Below are positions 13,857 through 26,649 of a DNA stretch of 64,000 bases, one piece after another (position 1 is the first letter of the stretch; the number at the start of each line of letters is the position of its first letter). This DNA comes from Eledone cirrhosa. Its lineage: Eukaryota. Position numbers and translations under genes: made by a program. The notes under the pieces were generated by a model. The model did not search any database, was not told the origin of the DNA, and was given only the letters and a program-made list of their open reading frames with translations. Location: assembly GCA_964016885.1 (NCBI GenBank), contig OZ024743.1, positions 355,260,001 through 355,324,000 of the forward strand, in the 5' to 3' direction.

Positions 13857-14030
13857 CGCCAACAAATCCGAGACGTAAACACAAGAAAGATCCCTTAAGT
13901 AGCCACATTGCAGATTGTGCAGGAATGACCCTACGCAACTTTAAAATCTTCCCCCTTTATATGTGCACACAACAAAGAATAAATAGAGAAAAACTATTTC
14001 TTAACAGATTTAAACCAAAATTAAATATGA
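13857..14030 (+). mobile_element. PLE GIY-YIG C-terminal remnant
   Basis: Translates (with a frameshift) to RQQIRDVNTRKIP/LSSHIADCA..FKIFPLY..INREKLFLNRFKPKLN, homologous to the end of ORF 16039-17427. Confidence 0.75.
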
Positions 14031-14232
14031 AATCACCCCATAAGATTATTCATTAGAACCTATTGACTAAGCACAAACATATATACAGACAGATGGATAC
14101 ATTTGCACACTGCACACACACACACACTCTCTCTCTCTCTGTCTCTCACTCAAACACACACGCAGACACACATACACACAGACACACATACACACACACA
14201 CACATATATATATATATGTGTGTGTATGTACC

Positions 14233-14297
<65 letters not shown>

Positions 14298-14349
14298 GTA
14301 AGTATGTATGTATACGTACATACATATATGTATACAGACGTACAGTAGC

Positions 14350-14407
<58 letters not shown>

Positions 14408-14593
14408 TTATAGGCACACACATATATATATGCACGTATCAGTTTACCGAACATTTATTATAATGTTCGCTTTGTTCGTTTGTAAACAAACGGACACTTA
14501 CATTTAAGTAAGTGCTGTACTAAGAGTGAGAAATTAAATTTCGTTTCATTCTATTCCATTTATATATATATATTTATTAAAATAACAGATTAA

Positions 14594-14644
14594 AGTTTAA
14601 GCAAAGAATCGCTGCTTTCACCCTTAACGGGATCTTCTGAAACT
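14594..14644 (-). ncRNA. Type I hammerhead-like motif with CAGAAGA (U4A) core
   Basis: AGTTT-CAGAAGA-T-CCC-GTTAA-GGG-T-GAAA-GCA-(9 nt)-TGC-TT-AAACT; stems I, II and III all pair. Copies at 41209-41259, 63744-63789 and (truncated) ~35364-35403. Confidence 0.65.
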
Positions 14645-14733
14645 ACATATTTGCTCTACGGTTCTTATATATTTGATATATATTTATCCTTATCGAGCCC
14701 TCTTTGGATTTTCGTCTTCAAATTTATTATTAT

Positions 14734-14946
<213 letters not shown>

Positions 14947-15015
14947 AAAAAGGGATGAAATCGAAAATGCAACTGAAGTCTTATTTTTTAAAAAAATATA
15001 TATATTTATTTGGTT

Positions 15016-15053
15016 CCTTTACCGGTTTCGCAGTTCTTCTGCTTTTCAAAAGG
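15016..15053 (-). ncRNA. Minimal type I hammerhead, U3:A8 core variant
   Basis: Reverse complement of 20487-20524. Confidence 0.75.
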
Positions 15054-15571
15054 TGAGTTGAGATGGAGGGTCTGTGGTTTTTCTCACATCTGGTTGGTCT
15101 CTAAATGTTACTTGTTTTATATGGAAAAAGTGGCTCGAAAACCAGGTTTTTCGAGAAGTAATTTGATTGGTTTGTCAATAATTATAATAAATTTCGCGCC
15201 AGTTCGCGTTACAGTAGTTCTTCAAATAAGAGAGAGGGGGGGGGGGGGTTGTCACAGGTTGTTTTTTCATATATGACTGTTTGAATTTCTTTTTACTTGA
15301 AAAAATGAGGCTCACGAAGGCTTTTTTTTGGTTGGTTATAAATGAAATTTGGCTGTCACGTGAACAAGTTTTCATTACATTTTTGCGCCCTTATTTGGAA
15401 AACTATTCTGTAGTCTTTATAGTGAATGTTATGACAATGGAGAGATAGTGGTCAAGGGAAAAGGGATTGGGAGAAATGTTCTGGTTCAGTGAATATGGCC
15501 AGCTGTCAGAGTTCAGGTGTCAGAGTTCAGATTTTCTATTGAGACTGAAGATATGTGTTTATTTGTGTGCT

Positions 15572-15604
<33 letters not shown>

Positions 15605-15860
15605 ATGTGTGTATTGGAAGATGATTCTATTAGTAGAGATGGGGGAGGGAGTTGTGTGTGTGTGTATATGGGTGTTATGTGTGTGTGCGCGAGTATGTTA
15701 GATAGAGAGAATATATATTTTGTGTGTGTGTATATATATATGTGTGTAGGAAAGTGGTTCTATTAGTAGAAATGGGGAGGATGTTGTAGGGGTGGGGGTT
15801 GTTATGTGTGTGTATGGGTGTTATGTGTGTGGGAGTATGGTTAGCATGTTAAGATGAAGA

Positions 15861-15920
<60 letters not shown>

Positions 15921-16038
15921 CCAGTGCAAACGTATGTTTAAGGTTTATTTAGTTCGGGTTTTTATTTTCTAAAGTAGAAGGTGTTATGTGTGTGTGTGTG
16001 TGTGTGTATGTCATATTGTTGTGTTGACATAATGTATA

Positions 16039-19000
16039 TTAAACCTTATTTAATGTTGGTCTATATTTTTGAATAAACATATTTTCCTTATTTATTCGCA
16101 TTTGTTCTGTTGTATTGTTAGCGCAAAGGTAAAATGGGAAGACTTGGAATTTGGGTGTCTTATTACTTGCGCAAATGTCTAGATGTCCACTTAGTGGTAT
16201 CTGTCTCGTGGTTGGATCTCGTAATTGTTGGCGATGAACTGTTATTCTGTTTCTGAGTGTGAGTTTAGTTTGTCCTATATAATCTTCATTGCATCCTTTA
16301 CATTTAATGGCATAAATTAGATTTTTTGATGAGCAAGTGAAGTGATTTTTTACAGTAAAATTTTGTCCTGATTTAAATGTATACGTGTTGCCTTCAATGA
16401 GGTGAGTGCAGGTTCCACAATTAGAGCGACCACATTTTTTGATACTTGGTTGTGGGTTTGTGGTAGGTAATTTGGCATTGGTGAGTAATGTTTTCAGTGA
16501 TTTTGGTTGTCTTTTGCTTTTGATTATTTTGTGTGTTTCAAGGGCTTTTTTCATTCTTGGGTTTTGTTTTAGTAGTGGGATGTTATTGTGAATAGTGTTG
16601 TAAGCTTCCGCATTTCTTGGGTTGTGTGTTGAGATATATGATAGAATATTGGACGTACCTTGAATTTGTTTCTGTTTCCGTAATTCATCAATGCCTATTG
16701 CTTTAGCCCTTTCTATTCCATTATTTATTAGTAATAGTGGGTACTCTCTCTCAAGTAGAATTTCCTTTAATTCTTGAAGTCTTTTATTTCGCGTTTCATA
16801 ATTGGAGACAATTGTGCAAATTCTTCTTGCTAGGTTAAAAGGAATGTTCGTCTTCGTGTGCTTTGGATGGTTGGGGGTGAATAGCAGATATTGTTTGGAA
16901 TCTGTTGGTTTGTAGTGTATGTCAGTTTCGATATTTGTGTCTTTTTTTGTGATTAAGATGTCCAGAAATGGGAGTTGATCTTGGCTGTATTCCATTGTGA
17001 ATTGGATGTGGTTATTGATGCCGTTTATTAAGTTTTTGAAATCCTTCAGTTGGTCGAGTGTGTGGGACCAAAGAATGAGGCAATCATCCAAGTAGCGTTT
17101 CCAATTCTCTGATAAATATTTGTGGAAGTTCAATCCGTATTTTGATTTGGACTGTTCATATATCTGGACTTCTAAGTATGCCATGACTAAGTTGGCATAA
17201 GTTGGAGCGGCTTTTGTTCCCATCGCAGTCCCCGATATTTGCTTGTAAGTATTGCCATCGAAATCAAAAAAGTTGTTCTGTAGGATGAATTTTAATCCCT
17301 CGGTGATGAAGCTTTTTTCTATTCTGTCAGGTATCTCATTGGGATATTTCTCTAGCCAGAATCCTATTGCTTCTAGTCCGTATTGGTGTGGGATCGTTGT
17401 GTAGAGATTCACTACATCGAAAGACACAATAATAGTGTCGTTGTTGACATGTTTGGGGAGGTGGTTTAAGAGGTCCAGATCGTCTCTTACAAGGCTTGGT
17501 ATGTGTTTCAGTATTGGTTTCAGTAGTATGTCTATAAAGTTGCTCTATCTGTGTGTTTCACATTGTGGGCCCGCTACAATTGGTCTTAATTTAAGGTCTG
17601 TGGGGTATTGTGTGTTCACGCAGGCTGAGGTGGATTGTTTACAGGCATCGTTGATTATTTTACATTTGTGGATCTTTGGAAGTCCGTAAAGGTTGCTGGT
17701 TTTGTATTCAAAATTTGTTAAATAATCGCGTTCCTTTTTAGTTAGGTCTTCCTGGTATCGATAAATCAGTGTGTTTAATTTGGTCATTATTTTTGATTGC
17801 TGGTAGTTTTTTACTCTTTCATAGTAATTAGCATTTTGTAAGAGAGAGAACATAGAATTTTTATATTTTTCAGCCTCCATAATGACAACAGTACTTCCCT
17901 TGTCCGCTTCCTTAATTACAATGTCCGGATTGTTGTTTAGTTCATGGATAATCTCCCATTCCCTTCGACTTGTGTTGGGTTTGGGTTTAGGTTGCGGTAG
18001 TTCATGGTATGGGAAGGTGGCTATGTGGTCACAAAATTTGTCCAGAACTCTGTTTCTACCTTTTGTTGGGTTGTAGCTGCTTTTATTCCGTACAATTGAT
18101 TCGTCGTTATTCTCCTTGTCAAAGAATTCCTCTGTGAGACGTAATTTTCTACAGAAGTGTGAGATATCGTCATTTATCTCGTTGGGGTTAGGATATTGTG
18201 GTGTTGGTGTGAATTTCAGACCTTTGGAGAGAATTTTTACTTGTTGGGCTGAGAGGTTTGTATTTGAAATGTTAATTATTTTCGGTTTTTCAAAATCGGT
18301 TTGTGCCACCGGGTGTCGTGAGTCCTGTAGCCTTGGTCTAAAAAATGATTTTTCTGGAATGTTTTTTCATTGGTATTATTATCTCTAATGGTATTTCCCC
18401 TGTTGTTGTGTGGTCTTGTATAGAAGTTTCGGACGTATTGAGGTTCGGTTTGTTGATAGTCCGGGTTGTAGATTTGATTCCTTTGTGTGGGTTGGGATCT
18501 ATGGTTTTGGAACAGGCTCTGTGTGGGCAGGGGTCTACGGTTTTGGAATAGGTTTTGTGTGGGTTGTGATCTGCGGATCAGGTCCTGCCTTGTGTTCGGG
18601 GATCTTTGGTTTTTGTTAGTAGGGTTATAGTTTTGTCTATGGTTTCTGGGATTATCGTTATAGTTTTGCTGGGGGTATGTTGGACGTTTAGTTACTTTTT
18701 TTGTTATTTGTTGTGCATGTGGTGTGTGAGTTTTAGTTTGTTTTAAAAATGGGTTACCTGTATGTTGTTCATTTTTGAAGTCCATTTCGTAGTTGTTGAA
18801 CCAGGTGGCGTTTTTTTCCCATCGCTGGAGGGATGTGAGTTCTTCATCCTCACAGTTTTCTTTCCAAAGTTTTAGGGGGTTTTTGTAGAGTAGGCCTTCA
18901 GAGTGCTTTGAGATTTCTGTGTCCATCTGTTGGTCGAGTGACTTGAATTTTTCTTCGTTGGTGTTGGCTCTTAATCGCAACAGTTCTATTTCTGTTTTAA

Positions 19001-19119
19001 ATTTTTCCAATGCCATCTTTTCCCTAAGTCTTTGTTGGTTTTCTGGTTCATTCGGGATGGGTTTTATTTGGAGTTTTTTGGGGAGGATGATTGGGGTAGA
19101 GTTTAGCCACTTTTCATAT
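16039..19119 (-). pseudogene. PLE polyprotein: N-terminal region, RT, Cys linker, GIY-YIG endonuclease
   Basis: KGLKF, ADKG, LPKIHK, RPIV, SFDVVNLYT, GTAMGT, YLDD, CGRSNCGTC, LIYAIKCKGCNEDYIGQT..R..H. One in-frame TAG at 17545-17547 and one frameshift at ~18310-18350; the reading frame is cut at the inversion junction. Confidence 0.93.
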
Positions 19120-19594
19120 ATGTAAAGGATGCAATGAAGATTATATAGGACAAACTAAACTCACACTCAGAAACAGAATGACAGTTCATCGCCAACAATT
19201 ACGAGATCCAACCACGAGACAGATACCACTAAGTGCACATCTAGACATTTGCGCAAGTAATAAGACACCCAAATTCCAAGTCTTCCCATTTTACCTTTGC
19301 GCTAACAATACAACAGAACAAATGCGAATAAATAAGGAAAATATGTTTATTCAAAAATATAGACCAACATTAAATAAGGTTTAATATACATTATGTCAAC
19401 ACCACAATATGACATACACACACACACACATAACACCTTCTACTTTAGAAAATAAAAACCCGAACTAAATAAACCTTAAACATACGTTTGCACTGGCAAT
19501 ACAACTGCAAACACGAAAAAGTCAGGAAATATGTTCATTCAAAAATATTCCTACTAAAGGAATCATTTTCCTACACACACACATACACACACAC

Positions 19595-19688
<94 letters not shown>

Positions 19689-20486
19689 TCTTCATCTTAA
19701 CATGCTAACCATACTCCCACACACATAACACCCATACACACACATAACAACCCCCACACCTACAACACCCTCCCCATTTCTACTAATAGAACCACTTTCC
19801 TACACACATATATATATACACACACACAAAATATATATTCTCTCTATCTAACATACTCGCACACACACACATAACACCCATATACACACACACACACAAC
19901 TCCCTCCCCCATCTCTACTAATAGAATCATCTTCCAATACACACACACACACATATATACACACACACAAGCACACAAATAAACACATATCTTCAGTCTC
20001 AATAGAAAATCTGAACTCTGACACCTGAACTCTGACAGCTTGCCATATTCACTGAACCAGAACATTTCTCCCAATCCCTTTTCCCTTGACCACTATCTCT
20101 CCATTGTCATAACATTCACTATAAAGACTACAGAATAGTTTTCCAAATAAGGGCGCAAAAATGTAATGAAAACTTGTTCACGTGACAGCCAAATTTCATT
20201 TATAACCAACCAAAAAAAAGCCTTCGTGAGCCTCATTTTTTCAAGTAAAAAGAAATTCAAACAGTCATATATGAAAAAACAACCTGTGACAACCCCCCCC
20301 CCCCTCTCTCTTATTTGAAGAACTACTGTAACGCGAACTGGCGCGAAATTTATTATAATTATTGACAAACCAATCAATTTACTTCTCGAAAAACCTGGTT
20401 TTCTAGCCACTTTTTCCATATAAAACAAGTAACATTTAGAGACCAACCAGATGTGAGAAAAACCACAGACCCTCCATCTCAACTCA

Positions 20487-20524
20487 CCTTTTGAAAAGCA
20501 GAAGAACTGCGAAACCGGTAAAGG
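20487..20524 (+). ncRNA. Minimal type I hammerhead, U3:A8 core variant
   Basis: CCTT-TTGAAAA-GCAG-AAGAA-CTGC-GAAAC-CG-GTA-AAGG, followed by AATAAA. Confidence 0.78.
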
Positions 20525-20655
20525 AACCAAATAAATATATATATTTTTTTTAAAAATAAGACTTCAGTTGCATTTTCGATTTCATCCCTTTTTCTTTATA
20601 CTTCCACTCGTGTAGGACACCTCGGTTATTTTTCATTTTGTAAAAAAAACCTCAC

Positions 20656-20704
<49 letters not shown>

Positions 20705-21372
20705 TAATTTAATATATCAACTAACATAAGCGCACAGATGCACGCCCATGCCAGCAAATACACAGGTTATGTCATAGTACCTAGGTGGTTCAATGCAGGA
20801 GAATGCAGAACAATAATATAAAGGACGTAAAATAAGAAAATATTTTTTTTTTTTTTTTTTTTTTTAAATTTAAAAAAAATTTTAAAAAAATTTTTAAAAA
20901 ATTTTTTACTTACTTAAATTTTCACTCCAACTAATAAGTTTCTGCAATGGGATAAAGACAGTTACGTAATCCAACTTACGTAATTCTCCTGCATTGAACC
21001 ACCTAGGTACTATGACATAACCTGTGTATTTGCTGGCATGGGCGTGCATCTGTGCGCTTATGTTAGTTGATATATTAAATTATCTATATTTATCTCCAAA
21101 TCACTGATTTGTCGAGCAAACTTGTCAAAACCACTTCTAAAAAAATTTTTTTTGGGGTGTTAGTAGGCGTCAGTCATCTTACCATCCCATTCCTTCTAAC
21201 TAGCCTCTGTGTCACGTGATTGATTCTTTAGAATCGGCCATTTGACTTGAAGCAGTGAGAATTTCGGTACATAGAATCCAGTCCTCGCAAGCTGTTCGAT
21301 CTACCGAATTATTATTATTTTTATATGAGCCGCCAGTGTCCGCGCATTGTCTGGAGACTTAACTGAGAATAG

Positions 21373-21454
21373 ACTCCCTGATGACGCAATGAATTCTCGA
21401 CAGTTGGATTACGTAACTGTCTTTATCCCATTGCAGAAACTAATTAGTTGGAGT
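21373..21454 (+). ncRNA. Type I hammerhead ribozyme with extended, branched stem II
   Basis: ACTCC-CTGATGA-C-GCAATG..GACAGTT(9)AACTGTC..CATTGC-A-GAAAC-TAATTA-GTT-GGAGT; co-varies with the copy at 34958-35039. Confidence 0.88.
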
Positions 21455-21504
21455 GAAAATTTAAGTAAGTAAAAAATTTTTTTTAAATTTTTTTAAAATT
21501 TTTT

Positions 21505-21543
<39 letters not shown>

Positions 21544-21622
21544 TTTCTTATTTTACGTCCTTTATATATATATATATATATATATATATTTAGTTTTGTA
21601 ATAAACTACATAAGATAATTAT

Positions 21623-21680
21623 TTCATTTACAAGTGGTTTCTTGAAAGCAAATAAATCTGCTTTCAGTCGTCAGAGTGAA
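21623..21680 (-). ncRNA. Type I hammerhead ribozyme
   Basis: TTCACT-CTGACGA-C-TGAAAGCA(8)TGCTTTCA-A-GAAAC-CACTT-GTA-AATGAA. Confidence 0.75.
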
Positions 21681-21809
21681 AAGACCTGGTGTTTTTATTA
21701 AATGTGGATTTGAAAACAAAAATATAATAAATATGAAAGTGAGGCTGAGGAAATAACAGGCGAAGAAGAAAAAAAATTACATATATAAAAGTATATATAC
21801 ACACACACT

Positions 21810-21876
<67 letters not shown>

Positions 21877-22093
21877 GCAAACATCACGGGCCCGCTATCT
21901 CAAAATTATTTTTGAAAAGCATTAGAAATGCGCAACCGGTAAAAACTTAAAACTAAAACTGAATACTAACCAATACATATTACTAATTTTTACTTATTCC
22001 TAATTAAACTATTTTTCACTGGGAACAATTTGTCAGCATTTTCTTTTCCTTTTACCAATATATCACAAATCGTGTGTTACACCTCTTTTCTTT

Positions 22094-22157
<64 letters not shown>

Positions 22158-22265
22158 CTATTTTCCGTTGTGTTGTAATATAAATATTACACACAGTAGA
22201 TTGACAGCTCACGTAGAGTTTGCTCGACGGTTCCAGTTGTAGTTCCAAAAGTAATCCGGAGAAAA

Positions 22266-22423
22266 ATAGAAAGATTTGAATGGATACAGTTTAGTTGAAA
22301 GGAATTTATTGACACGTATTTCTATAACAGTTACATTACCTGAAAACAGGTTATGTAACTGTTATAGAAACACGTGTCAATAAATTCCTTTCAACTAAAC
22401 TGTATCCATTCAAATCTTTCTAT
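22266..22423. repeat. Near-perfect palindrome of a PLE-type 3' tail
   Basis: ~77-bp arms around CCTG-AAAA-CAGG; the right arm carries GAAAC-ACGT-GTC-AATAAA. Confidence 0.9.
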
Positions 22424-22694
22424 GTATATATATATATATTTATTTAGGTGTGTCGTCCTCTTGTCGCTGATTTTCAGCCCCATGGATTTTATCTGTTATA
22501 TTCCTTTGTTATATTTTGAATACCTCATGATATCACCGGATTCATACTGAACCCGGTCATTGAAATGATCATAGTATAATAAAACTTTCAAGGATTTACA
22601 CCAGTCTAGCCTCCTGTTATTTTATAATCATATATATATTCACAAACACACATACATTCACACACGCACACGCACACATATATATATATAGAGA

Positions 22695-23101
22695 GAGAGA
22701 TTACAATAATCAAAGTTCAGTTTAAGTCATTTATTTGCTTACAATTGTTTCCTCCAAACCGAGGTTTGGATTCTTCGGAGCAACTATTTACTGATCTATA
22801 ACATACTTGACCTCCTTTTCAACCCAAGAGACACATAAAACATATGCGCATATTGATCAACAGTGGGGTGACATTCATCAAATGATATAGCATGGCAATT
22901 GCCATGCTATATCATTTGATGAATGTCACCCCACTGTTGATCAATATGCGCATATGTTTTATGTGTCTCTTGGGTTGAAAAGGAGGTCAAGTATGTTATA
23001 GATCAGTAAATAGTTGCTCCGAAGAATCCAAACCTCGGTTTGGAGGAAACAATTGTAAGCAAATAAATGACTTAAACTGAACTTTGATTATTGTAATCTC
23101 T
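22695..23101. repeat. Spacerless ~400-bp palindrome carrying a hammerhead in each arm
   Basis: Axis in CATGGCAA|TTGCCATG (22891-22906); the arms look identical by eye. Confidence 0.92.
23014..23062 (+). ncRNA. Type I hammerhead, CCGAAGA (U4C) core
   Basis: TTGCT-CCGAAGA-A-TCCAAACC-TC-GGTTTGGA-G-GAAAC-AATT-GTA-AGCAA, then AATAAA. Confidence 0.75.
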
Positions 23102-23265
23102 ATATAACTGCTCTGTAAAACAACTGATGTTATTACATTGAGCTATTTATCTTACTGGTAATAGGATAGTAATTAATGACTATCTTTCACTATTTAAGGT
23201 TTGTATATATAATATATTACCATTAAAGGTTTTATTACATACATAACCATAAATAGTACCCTTAA

Positions 23266-23449
<184 letters not shown>

Positions 23450-25499
23450 TTATAAATAAACAAATATATACACACTCAACCACGCGCATATACTTAAAAA
23501 ATAAGCTGTCACATAGGCGTATATGTATCAACCGGCATAGACAAAAACATACATATACATGAAGTCGTAATAATAAATAAATAAATGAATAAGAACAAAA
23601 AATATTTAAAGTCATAAATAAAAAAAAATAATAAAGAAAGAGAAAATAGCACGTCGACAACGATATGAGAGAGGAGGGGGAAAACAAAATAAAAGTAAAC
23701 AAACACACGTGGAAAGCAATTGCACAAAATAAAATATATTTATATATATACATATAATATTAAGGATACTATTTATAGTTATGTATATTTTAAACTTTTT
23801 ATAGTTATGTATATTTTAAACTATAAACAGGGAAGGTCAGTAATTTATTACTACCTTATTACCAGTAAGATAAATAGCTCAATGTAAGAACATCAGTTGT
23901 TTACAGAGCAGTTATATAGAATTCACAAGAATCAGAGCTATGTTCAAAGCATTTATTCACTTACAATTGTTTCATCCAAACCTAGGCTTGGATTCGAAGC
24001 ATTTTTTAATGCTTGTACATATAATTGACCTCCTATCCAACGCAAGAGACATACAGATACATATATATATATTGATGTACAGTGGAGTGACATATATTAT
24101 ACTATACTATATTTGTATAGCAATTCAAATTTAAAATCAAAATTAAAATACATGCGGCAGATAACACAGATAATGCAAGAGGATAGTCAGATAATCAGAT
24201 CTAGTAGATAGTGTAGGCGTTCGTCATACATGGAGCATGCAAGTGTGTCTCATTTATATACGAGTATTGTCATGTAATACAAGCACTTTAAGCGGGTAAG
24301 CAAGAGCATTATGGTGGTTGTAGTGGGAGGGTATTTTTTGTATAGATAAAAAAAGTATGTGTGCAGAAAAATAAAAAGAAAAAGAAAGTTATAGTTTTCG
24401 CATCCACCACCATTTTCACATTCAGAAAAAGGATGTTATAGTTTTCACATCCATCACATAAGTTACGATGAATTCGTATTGAATGTTTGATGTAGTAAAT
24501 GATTGTAACGTATTGAGGCTCAGTGTTATTTAATCCATATTTATAGAATAGGTTCTTTCTGCTGCGAGAATTTACAGCGGCTTATTATCCGGAAGTAGGT
24601 GTGTGTTTAAGGGGAGTTAATGCGTAAGGGGAGGTAACTAGCTGATTCTCATAACTAAATTCATTGTTCTAACCTACATTATATGGTGCCTCAATTGAGT
24701 CCCTTATATAAAAGGTTATATATTTATATTTGATTTTAAATACAGTCTACTCTATCATAATGTATTAAATATATCTATAGGAAGTTGATTACTCCCTATT
24801 ATATAGCGCTATAATTGAATTTCACACACAAAGTGCTATATCTTTATATCAAAATTCACTGTAAATACAGTCTACTCTCAAAACATATCAAAGGACCAAT
24901 TAGAATTTTGTCTACATAACCTTTGGTAAGCTATGGAGCAACGTACAGCTGTTTGCATGATAAAATCAAATACATCTCTTGGGTAAACAAATGCATCCCT
25001 CATTTACAATGTCATTAATCTATCCATTAAGTTATACATGCATATATAATTCATATATAATTCATTGCACCACACTACATATAAGTTAGACAGATCCCTT
25101 ATGTTAATAAATTAATCCTATATATATCTAATGTTATTACTCTATACATTTAATTACAAATGCATATATAATTCATTGTTGTATCTAGTATTTAAAGTTT
25201 ATATAAACTGTATTATATTTCAATCCCTATATAATTATAAGTAATTAAAAGTAATTATATTAAAAGTTGGTGTTTATGGGGATATTTCTAGGGTATAAAG
25301 TTATAGATAGATAGAATGATTTGTGTCGAGGAAAGGGTGGATCAGAGAGTGTGATGTAGTGGTGGAAGGCAAGCCCTTGAGGTGCGGTGTTAGAAGCGGT
25401 GTTGAGTTCAAGTCTGACATTGTTATATATTAGGTTTAAAGCTTTGGAAGGAGTGTCGGAAGCGGTACTGGCACGACGCAAACACTTCCGATTTTTTTT

Positions 25500-26135
25500 A
25501 TTAAGGAGGTTAAGGTTCGAAAAGATTATAAGTATGGGTCTCTAGTAGACAGAGGTTACAGAATGTATTAGGTGGTTTGTACGATGCCGCCTTACCTATC
25601 ACTTCCCATTGTAGTGTATATGATCTATTTTTAGTTTTCAGATAGTGTATGTAGCTAGATAGTGAAGTGGAGTTGGCTAGACAGTGTTTTTTGAAAGAAT
25701 GGAGATGTGAGTTGTATCTCGTTTTGAAGCAGTTCGAAGTAGAGCCTATATAGGTTTCAGAAGAGTTGCTAGTTCTGACCGTGCATGAGTAGATGATGTC
25801 CTTGATTAAGTAGTTTTTACCTAAAGGGCAGGTTCTATTAGATCTACAGTTACATTTATTTTGGATGTTAACCTATCGGTTATTATGTTGTGTAGAAGTC
25901 TGGTTGCTAGGTATTGCATTATGGCTATGAAGGTTGTCGCTCCTAATGCTATTGATTTCATTAGTGTTATTACTATTATTACTATTGATATCAGGGTTTG
26001 TAGTTATTACGTTGTTTTGAAAGTTTACTCCCTGCTGTGTTTTAGTTTGTTGAAAGTAAGTATTAATCTTTCTTTTATTGCTACTAGCTATGTGGTATGC
26101 TATGTTAGGCGTGGTAAAGTAGGAGATTTTAATGG
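25500..26135 (-). mobile_element. Naiad-like PLE remnant (thumb/linker/GIY-YIG), degraded
   Basis: NTIKISYFTTPNI, then CNCRSNRTCPLGK..IIYSCTV..TYIGSTSNCFKTRYNSH in broken frames. Confidence 0.75.
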
Positions 26136-26649
26136 TGTTTTTATATATATACACACATATACATACGTATAAATAAATACACGCACACATACAGACATAC
26201 ACACAAACATATACTTATACAAAAGAATAATAAAAAAACTATAAAGGTAAGTACACATGAGTCTGTCTGCGAATGCGCCTGCACACAGTCCTATGTGAGA
26301 ACATAAAACCTAGTGGGTAAGTGAGGACAAGAGGGGAGTAAAAATGAAATAAAAACAATTATAAAGAGTAGGTAAGGGAGAAATGTATGCGAAGAGATCT
26401 AGATAAGAGTATCTGGTTAAGGAGTAAACTGAGTAAAGAATAAAGATGGTGGGTGGGTGGGTGTAAAAGGTAAGGTAGAAAGTAGGGGTGAATATAAGTC
26501 AACAGAAAAATAAATATAATAAGAAAAAAATAAATATAAGCAGATATAGGAGGAGGTGAGGGAGAAAAAGAATATATAGGTAAGGAATGTGAGTTCAGAG
26601 AGTAATAATAATCGTAGTGGATGGAAGGCGTAATGAGTAAAGAAGCTCA

